Positions 34,174 through 39,992 of a stretch of DNA of 39,992 bases are shown here, in pieces (position 1 is the stretch's first letter; each line of letters opens with the position of its first letter). The translations under genes and the position numbers were made by a program. Source of the DNA: Burkholderiaceae bacterium. GTDB taxonomy: Bacteria; Pseudomonadota; Gammaproteobacteria; Burkholderiales; Burkholderiaceae_C. Below the pieces are notes generated by a model. That model saw only the letters and a program-made list of their open reading frames with translations, was not told where the DNA came from and did no database searches. The stretch covers positions 1-39,992 of the forward strand of contig DASUIK010000143.1 of assembly GCA_036279795.1 (NCBI GenBank), read 5' to 3'.

Positions 34174-36105
34174 GTGACCCAGCTGTCCCCATCTTTGTTC
34201 TCATCCTGGCGCCAGAGCCTGTCCACCCGCTTGCTGCTGCTGTTGGCCGGTGTGGCGACGCTGTTGTTGCTCACCGTGGCCCTGCTGGGCTGGTTCACCT
34301 TTCTCAGCGCGCGTGAGCGGGCTTTGGGCGAGATGCGCGACGGCACGGCGGCGGTGACGTCGATGATGGAACAGGTGGACGAGGCCGGGCGGGTGTCTGC
34401 GACGCAGTCGTTCCCCTTGTTGGCCGATCAACTCGCGGCCGTGCTGTTCAGCCTGGAAGACGTCGGAGGCAAGCCCCGGCTCATGTGGGGTGGGGTGGAC
34501 ATGGCCGGCAACGAGAGCGCGGTTGACCAATTTCAGCGCCAGACCGGTGGCGTGGCCACGGTCTTCATGCGCGACGGGGACGACTTCCGCCGCGTGACCA
34601 CCAGCCTCAAAAAAGAAGACGGCAGCCGCGCCGTGGGCACGTTGCTCGACCGCAAGCACCCCGCCTATCCCCTGATGGTGGAGGGCAAGCCTTACATCGG
34701 CCGTGCCGTGCTGTTTGGCAAGACCTACATGACCAAGTACGAGCCCGTGGTGAACAACGGGCGCACCATCGCCATCCTTTTCATCGGGCATGACATGAGT
34801 GAGCAGTTCACCTCCCTGGGCAAAACCATGGCCTTGTTCGCGCGCGAACACAACCGCATGTTCGCGGTGGACCTGGGCAGTGGGCAGGTGTTTGGCCAGT
34901 CGGGCAACGCCAAGTTCGACGCGGACAGCAGCGTGTTGGCGGCTTTGCGCGAGGGGGGCAAGTCGGGCCAGGGACAGGGCACGATGCTGGCCATGTCGCT
35001 GCCGGAGGTGGGGCTGCCACAGAACGACGTCAACCTGGCGTGGAGCCATTTCCCGCGCTGGAACTGGATGGTCGTCAAGGCCGAACGCGACAGCGACAGC
35101 ACCGCACTGGCGCGTCGGGGCGTGGCCACGTTGCTGGGGGTGGTGTTTCTTGGCTTGCTGAGTGCGGGGGCGCTGGTGGCCTACGCCATCCGCCGCATGG
35201 TCACACGACCCTTGCAACAGGCGCTCACCGCCGCAGAAAACCTCGCCCGCAACGACCTGAGCCAGGCCTTGGCACCCAGCAGCCAGGACGAAGTGGGCCG
35301 GGTGCTCAGCGCGCTGGAGACGGTGCGCCAGCACTGGGTGGGAAGTCTCACGCAAATACGCGAGGTGGCGGGCGGCCTGGGTACGGCCAGCAGTGAAATC
35401 GCCAGTGGCAATCACGACCTAAGCGCCCGCACCGAGGCCGCGGCCAGCAGCCTGGAAGAAACCGCCAGCAGCATGGAGGAGCTGACCGCGACTGTGCGGC
35501 AGAGCGCCGATGCCGCACAGCAGGCCAACCAGTTGGCCGCCAGTGCCGCCAGCGTGGCCCACCAGGGGGGGCAGGTGGTGGGTGAGGTGGTGACCACCAT
35601 GGATGAAATCAACCAGGCCAGCCGGCGCATCGCCGACATCATTGGCGTGATCGATGGCATTGCGTTTCAGACCAATATCCTCGCGCTCAACGCCGCGGTG
35701 GAGGCGGCCCGGGCTGGCGAGCAGGGCCGGGGTTTTGCCGTGGTGGCAGGCGAGGTGCGCAACCTGGCCCAACGCAGCGCCCAGGCGGCCCGCGAAATCA
35801 AAGACCTCATCAACAACAGCGTGTCCAAGGTGCAGACCGGCAGCGAACTGGTGCAGCAGGCCGGCAGCACCATGGCCGAGATCGTGGGCAGCGTGCAGCG
35901 GGTGAGCGACATCATTGCCGAAATACGTGCGGCCACCACCGAGCAAAGCGATGGCATCGCCCAAATCAACACCGCCGTCAACCAGCTCGACCAGATGACC
36001 CAGCAGAACGCGGCCCTGGTGGAACAAAGCGCCGCCGCCGCCAGCAGCATGCAGGAGCAGACGGGGCGGCTTGACGAGGTGCTCTCCGGCTTTCGCCTGC
36101 GTTGA
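34174..36105 (+). CDS. Methyl-accepting chemotaxis protein with Cache_3/Cache_2-type sensor
   Basis: TM, Cache segment ([18 protein letters not shown]...RAVGTLL...YIGRAVLFG), TM, HAMP, and [30 protein letters not shown]; AAGGAGG before GTG 34174. Confidence 0.93.
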   Translation: MTQLSPSLFSSWRQSLSTRLLLLLAGVATLLLLTVALLGWFTFLSARERALGEMRDGTAAVTSMMEQVDEAGRVSATQSFPLLADQLAAVLFSLEDVGGKPRLMWGGVDMAGNESAVDQFQRQTGGVATVFMRDGDDFRRVTTSLKKEDGSRAVGTLLDRKHPAYPLMVEGKPYIGRAVLFGKTYMTKYEPVVNNGRTIAILFIGHDMSEQFTSLGKTMALFAREHNRMFAVDLGSGQVFGQSGNAKFDADSSVLAALREGGKSGQGQGTMLAMSLPEVGLPQNDVNLAWSHFPRWNWMVVKAERDSDSTALARRGVATLLGVVFLGLLSAGALVAYAIRRMVTRPLQQALTAAENLARNDLSQALAPSSQDEVGRVLSALETVRQHWVGSLTQIREVAGGLGTASSEIASGNHDLSARTEAAASSLEETASSMEELTATVRQSADAAQQANQLAASAASVAHQGGQVVGEVVTTMDEINQASRRIADIIGVIDGIAFQTNILALNAAVEAARAGEQGRGFAVVAGEVRNLAQRSAQAAREIKDLINNSVSKVQTGSELVQQAGSTMAEIVGSVQRVSDIIAEIRAATTEQSDGIAQINTAVNQLDQMTQQNAALVEQSAAAASSMQEQTGRLDEVLSGFRLR

Positions 36106-36108
36106 CGC

Positions 36109-37092
36109 TCAACTGGCGAGGGCGCGTTCGCGTATCGCCGGGAAGTCTGCCGGCAAGGGGTGCAGGTTCAGCCGCTGGCCGGCCTTGACGATCTGGCTTG
36201 GGATATCGTGGCCCACCAGTTCCGGCAGGCGGCGGGCAGCGTCCAGCAGGCGGCCGAGGTCCACCCCGGTGTCGTAACCCATGAGCTGCAGCGCGTGCAC
36301 GATTTCCTCGCTGCACACGTTGCCGGTGGCGCCCGGCGCATACGGGCAGCCGCCTAAGCCGCCCAGCGAGGCGTCAAAACGGTCGGCGCCGGCGTCAATT
36401 GCTGCCAGCACGTTGGCCAGCCCCATGCCGCGGGTGTTGTGGAAGTGCAGGGTCAGCTCAAGGTCGGGCCAGCGGGCGCGAAAGGCCTGGGTCAACGCGA
36501 ACACCTGGCCGGGGTAGGCCATACCGGTGGTGTCGCACAGCGTCAGGCCATGCACACCCAAACCTTCCACCAGGCGGGCACACCAGTCCATCACCTCGGG
36601 TGCTGGCACGTCGCCTTCCATGGGGCAGCCGAAGCTGCACGACAGCGAGGCATTGATGGCCACCCCTGCCGCGTGCCCGGCGCGGGCCACCTGGGTCAAC
36701 GCAGCCAGTGACTGTTCGCGTGTCATGCGCAGGTTGCACAGGTTGTGGCTTTCGCTGGCCGACATCACGAGGTTGAGCTCGTCGGCTCGCGATTCGATGG
36801 CGCGTTCGGCACCGCGCACATTGGGCACCAGCGCGCTGTAGACCACGCCCGGACGGCGCCGGATTTCCCGCATCACCACCTCGGCGTCGCGCAGGGCGGG
36901 AATGGCCTTGGGTGACACAAAGGCGGTCACTTCGATCTTGGAGAGGCCGGCGTCCGACAAAGCGTCTACCAGCGCGATCTTGTCGGCGGTGGGCACGAAG
37001 GCCTCCTCCACCTGAAGGCCATCGCGTGTGCCCACCTCTTGCATGTGGATGCGCTGCCCTTGCCTTTGCCAGACACGGTTCCCGCCGCTCAT
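36109..37092 (-). CDS. Hydroxymethylglutaryl-CoA lyase family (DRE-TIM) protein
   Basis: EVGTRDGLQ, AFVSPK, LCDTTG, HFHNTRG and GGCPYAPGATGN; ATGA overlap with the CoA-transferase stop. Confidence 0.9.
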   Translation of the reverse strand: MSGGNRVWQRQGQRIHMQEVGTRDGLQVEEAFVPTADKIALVDALSDAGLSKIEVTAFVSPKAIPALRDAEVVMREIRRRPGVVYSALVPNVRGAERAIESRADELNLVMSASESHNLCNLRMTREQSLAALTQVARAGHAAGVAINASLSCSFGCPMEGDVPAPEVMDWCARLVEGLGVHGLTLCDTTGMAYPGQVFALTQAFRARWPDLELTLHFHNTRGMGLANVLAAIDAGADRFDASLGGLGGCPYAPGATGNVCSEEIVHALQLMGYDTGVDLGRLLDAARRLPELVGHDIPSQIVKAGQRLNLHPLPADFPAIRERALAS

Positions 37093-38297
37093 GCCACCAC
37101 CCCACGTGAGCGCAGCTCGGCAATCGCTGTGCCGTCCAGCCCCAGGCTGGCGAGTACGCTGTCGGTGTCGTCGCCCAGGCGCGGCGCGGCGCTGCGCACG
37201 CTGCCCGGTGTGCCCATCAGCTTGGGCACCACACCGGGCACGTCCATCTCGTGGCCGTCGCGCGTGGTTTGCCTGAGGATCATGTCGCGCGCCCGGTAGT
37301 GCGGGTCCTCCACGATGTCTTTGGCGGTGTAGACCCGCCCCACAGGCACCTTGGCTTCGTTCAGCCGTTGCAGCACCTCGTTCACGCTGCGCGATTGTGT
37401 CCATGCGCCGATGGCCTGGTCGATTTCGTCCACTCGGCGCACCCGCCCAGCGTTGTCGGCCAGGGTCGGGTCCTGCCCCAGGTCGTCACGGCCTATCGCA
37501 GTCATCAGGCGTTTGAAGATGCTGTCGCCGTTGCCCGCCACCAGCACCACGCCGTCGGCGCAACGGTAGGCGTTGGAGGGTGCGATGCCGGGCAGCGCCG
37601 AGCCCGCTGGCTCACGCACGGCGCCGAACACGCTGTATTCGGGCACCAGGCTTTCCATCACGTTGAACACCGCCTCGTGCAGGGCAACGTCGATCACCTG
37701 ACCTTGTCCGCCGTTCACCTTGCGGTGGTAGAGCGCCGTCAACACGCCGATCGTGCCGTGCAGTGCGGCCAGGGTGTCGCCGATGGAAATGCCGCAGCGA
37801 ACCGGCACGCGGCCGGGCTCGCCGGTGAGGTGGCGCAGGCCGCCCATGGCCTCGCCGATGGCGCCAAAACCGGGCAGGTCGCGGTAGGGGCCGGTCTGGC
37901 CGTAGCCCGAGATGCGCAGCATGATGAGGCCGGGGTTGTCACGCGCCAGCGTTTCGTAGTCCATGCCCCAGCCCTCAAGCGTGCCTGGCCGGAAGTTCTC
38001 GACCAGCACATCGGCCTGCGCGATCAGGCGCCGGGCAATGTCCTGGCCCTCGGCCTGTCGCAGGTCCAGCGCGATGGACTGCTTGTTGCGCGACTGCACC
38101 TGCCACCAGACGGAGGTGCCGTCTTGCACCAGGCGCCAGTTGCGCAGCGGGTCGCCGCTGCCGGGGGCCTCGATCTTGATGACCTCTGCGCCGAAGTCGC
38201 CCAGGGTCTTGCCCACAAAGGGGCCGGCAATGAGCTGGCCCATTTCGATGACGCGCAGGCCGGCCAGTGCGCCGGGGCTCAGGTTAGGCAGGTTCAT
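37089..38297 (-). CDS. CaiB/BaiF family III CoA-transferase
   Basis: IAGPF...DFGAEVIKIE, RNKQSIALDL, ADVLVENFRPG and ISGYGQTGPY. Confidence 0.92.
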   Translation of the reverse strand: MNLPNLSPGALAGLRVIEMGQLIAGPFVGKTLGDFGAEVIKIEAPGSGDPLRNWRLVQDGTSVWWQVQSRNKQSIALDLRQAEGQDIARRLIAQADVLVENFRPGTLEGWGMDYETLARDNPGLIMLRISGYGQTGPYRDLPGFGAIGEAMGGLRHLTGEPGRVPVRCGISIGDTLAALHGTIGVLTALYHRKVNGGQGQVIDVALHEAVFNVMESLVPEYSVFGAVREPAGSALPGIAPSNAYRCADGVVLVAGNGDSIFKRLMTAIGRDDLGQDPTLADNAGRVRRVDEIDQAIGAWTQSRSVNEVLQRLNEAKVPVGRVYTAKDIVEDPHYRARDMILRQTTRDGHEMDVPGVVPKLMGTPGSVRSAAPRLGDDTDSVLASLGLDGTAIAELRSRGVVA

Positions 38298-38305
38298 GGG
38301 GGTGT

Positions 38306-39292
38306 TCAGTCGATGGTGGCGCCCGAGGCCTTGACGATCTTGGCCCAGCGTGGCAAATCGTCGCGCACCAGGGTGGCGAACTGTTCGGGGCTCGATTTGA
38401 AGGGTTCGCAGCCCACGCCGGCCAGTCGCTCCTGGACATCTTTCGATTCGAGCGCGCGGGCGATGTCGGCGTTGAGTTTGGCCACGATGGCCTTGGGTGT
38501 GCCGGCAGGGGCAAACAGCCCATACCAGGGGGTGGCACCGAAGCCGGGCACGCTCTCGCCGATGGTGGGCGAGTCGGGCAGGGCGGCCACGCGCTTGGGG
38601 TTGACCACGCCCAACACCTTGATCTTGCCACTGCGAATGAATGCGATGGACGAAGGCAGGCTTTGCACCGACACCTGCACCTGTCCGGCCACCAGGTCGG
38701 TCACAGCGGCGGCCGAGCCTTTGTAAGGCACGTGCACGAGTTCGATGCCCGTGGCCTTGCCCAGCATCTCACCGATCAGGTGGTTGAGGGTGCCGTTGCC
38801 GGCCGAGCCGATGTTGATGGTGCCCGGCTTTTGTTTGGCCTGGGCCACCAGTTCGTTGACGCTGTTGGCGGCAAAGCCGGTGTTGGCCACCAGCACATAG
38901 CCGGCGGTGGCCACCGGGCCGATGGGTTCGAAGTCCTTGATGGGGTCAAAGCCCGTGCTTTTGTAGAGCGACGGGTTGATGACCATGGCGCTGTCGGCGG
39001 TCAGCATCAGCGTGTAACCGTCGGGCCGGGCCTTGGCGGCCATGGCGGTGCCCACGTTGCCGCCCGCGCCCGTGCGGTTGTCCACGATGAAGGACTGGCC
39101 GGTCAGCTCGGTCAGCTTTTGCGCAATCACGCGGGCAATGGCATCGTTGGCCCCGCCGGCTGCCTGCGGCACGATGATGGTGACGGGGCGGCTGGGGTAG
39201 GGGTCCTGGGCCAGGGCGGCCAGGGGCGAAAACGCCAGGGCAACGGCGGCGGCCAGTGGCATCTGAATCAGGGCGCGGCGGGTGGTGGTCAT
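38306..39292 (-). CDS. Bug/TctC-family periplasmic substrate-binding protein
   Basis: YPSRPVTIIVP-x-AAGG, ARPDGYTL, HVPYKG and WYGLFAPAGTP; AAGGAG RBS. Confidence 0.92.
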   Translation of the reverse strand: MTTTRRALIQMPLAAAVALAFSPLAALAQDPYPSRPVTIIVPQAAGGANDAIARVIAQKLTELTGQSFIVDNRTGAGGNVGTAMAAKARPDGYTLMLTADSAMVINPSLYKSTGFDPIKDFEPIGPVATAGYVLVANTGFAANSVNELVAQAKQKPGTINIGSAGNGTLNHLIGEMLGKATGIELVHVPYKGSAAAVTDLVAGQVQVSVQSLPSSIAFIRSGKIKVLGVVNPKRVAALPDSPTIGESVPGFGATPWYGLFAPAGTPKAIVAKLNADIARALESKDVQERLAGVGCEPFKSSPEQFATLVRDDLPRWAKIVKASGATID

Positions 39293-39328
39293 GCAATGTC
39301 TCCTTCTGTGGGTTGGGGCACGGACCGC

Positions 39329-39399
39329 AGTCTAGGCAGGCTGGTCTCGCCACGGAATGACAAACACGGCAATCGAGCTTTCGCAGATGGCGAAAGCTC
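39329..39399 (-). promoter_or_regulatory. Candidate LysR box and promoter of the Bug-CaiB-lyase operon
   Basis: Perfect 10-bp inverted repeat GAGCTTTCGC-N5-GCGAAAGCTC (39375-39399) containing T-N11-A; -10-like TAGACT at 39329-39334 and TTCCGT 17 nt upstream. Confidence 0.55.
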
Positions 39400-39992
39400 A
39401 GGCACCCGCGGTGGGTGCCGTCAGGTGCTCCAGCAGCGTGCGCACGGGCCGGGCCAGGGCGTCGGGGTCGCGCAGACCCAGCAACAGTTGCCGTTGGGTC
39501 CAGTCTTCGGCGATGTCGATCTGGCGCAGCCCCAGCGCCTTGACCAGCGGCCGCACCGCCTTGGCTGGCAACACCGCGATGCCCAAGCCGGCGGCCACCA
39601 TCTGGCACATGGCGTCGAAACTGCGCACGTGGATGCGCACCCGCAGCGCGATGCCGTGCCGGCGGCTCTCCAGCTGCAGCCGCTGTGCCAGCGAAGTGGC
39701 CTGCGACAGGCTCACGAAGTCGTAGGCGGCGGCGTCTTCAAAACGCACCTGGCGCTTGCGCGCCAGCGGGTGCCCGGCGGGCACCACCAGCACCAACTGG
39801 TCTTGCCGGTAGGGCAGGGTGTGCAAACCCAGTTCGGGCGTGCGTTCGGCAAAAATGCCCAGGTCGGCCCGGCCGTCCAGCACCGCCAGCACGGCCTCGT
39901 GGCTGTCGGCTTCGTGCAGCTCAATGCGTATGCCCGGCTGGGCGGCGGCAAACGTGGCCAGATCGCTGGGCAAAAACTGTGTGACCGCCGAC
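39398..39992 (-). CDS. LysR-family regulator, substrate-binding domain (5'-truncated by window edge)
   Basis: QPGIRIELHE, GRADLGI, VVPAGHPLA and MCQMVAAGLGIAVLP. Confidence 0.9.
   Translation of the reverse strand, partial: SAVTQFLPSDLATFAAAQPGIRIELHEADSHEAVLAVLDGRADLGIFAERTPELGLHTLPYRQDQLVLVVPAGHPLARKRQVRFEDAAAYDFVSLSQATSLAQRLQLESRRHGIALRVRIHVRSFDAMCQMVAAGLGIAVLPAKAVRPLVKALGLRQIDIAEDWTQRQLLLGLRDPDALARPVRTLLEHLTAPTAGA

Overview
GC-rich betaproteobacterial chromosome segment. Gene content (two Bug/TctC proteins, divergent ppsR-ppsA, tex, ygiQ, an RRM protein) suggests Comamonadaceae; this is inference. It has about 37 protein-coding genes and no rRNA, tRNA, CRISPR array, transposase, integrase or phage gene that I can see. 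In order: a GST-ElaA-SDR operon; an uncharacterised five-gene catabolic operon (VOC, FAH, quinone reductase, Bug, AA_synth) with a convergent GntR regulator whose likely operator (TTTTRTGCAYAAAA) is visible in both promoters; an RRM RNA-binding protein gene; a PlsC-like acyltransferase; a PilY1-less type IV minor pilin operon (pilE-fimT-pilW-pilX-pilV); ppsR/ppsA; a YXWGXW lipoprotein; tex; two tandem HDOD genes; a patatin; trhO; Fe-ADH; an esterase; MHYT-GGDEF-EAL; an enoyl-CoA hydratase; ygiQ; a pseudo-receiver; DMT; PAS-GGDEF; AI-2E; an MCP; and a LysR-Bug-CaiB-HMG-CoA-lyase-like cluster. The best candidate for something undescribed is the ~170-nt leader of the RRM gene: five consecutive hairpins, CU-repeat linkers, a 7-nt loop-loop complementarity, and a perfect TATAAT just upstream of the first hairpin. 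Also notable: an apparent internally deleted GAF gene coupled to the pseudo-receiver, a probable CTG start codon, and a recurring leaderless-mRNA signature. All calls come from reading the sequence; no database searches were run.
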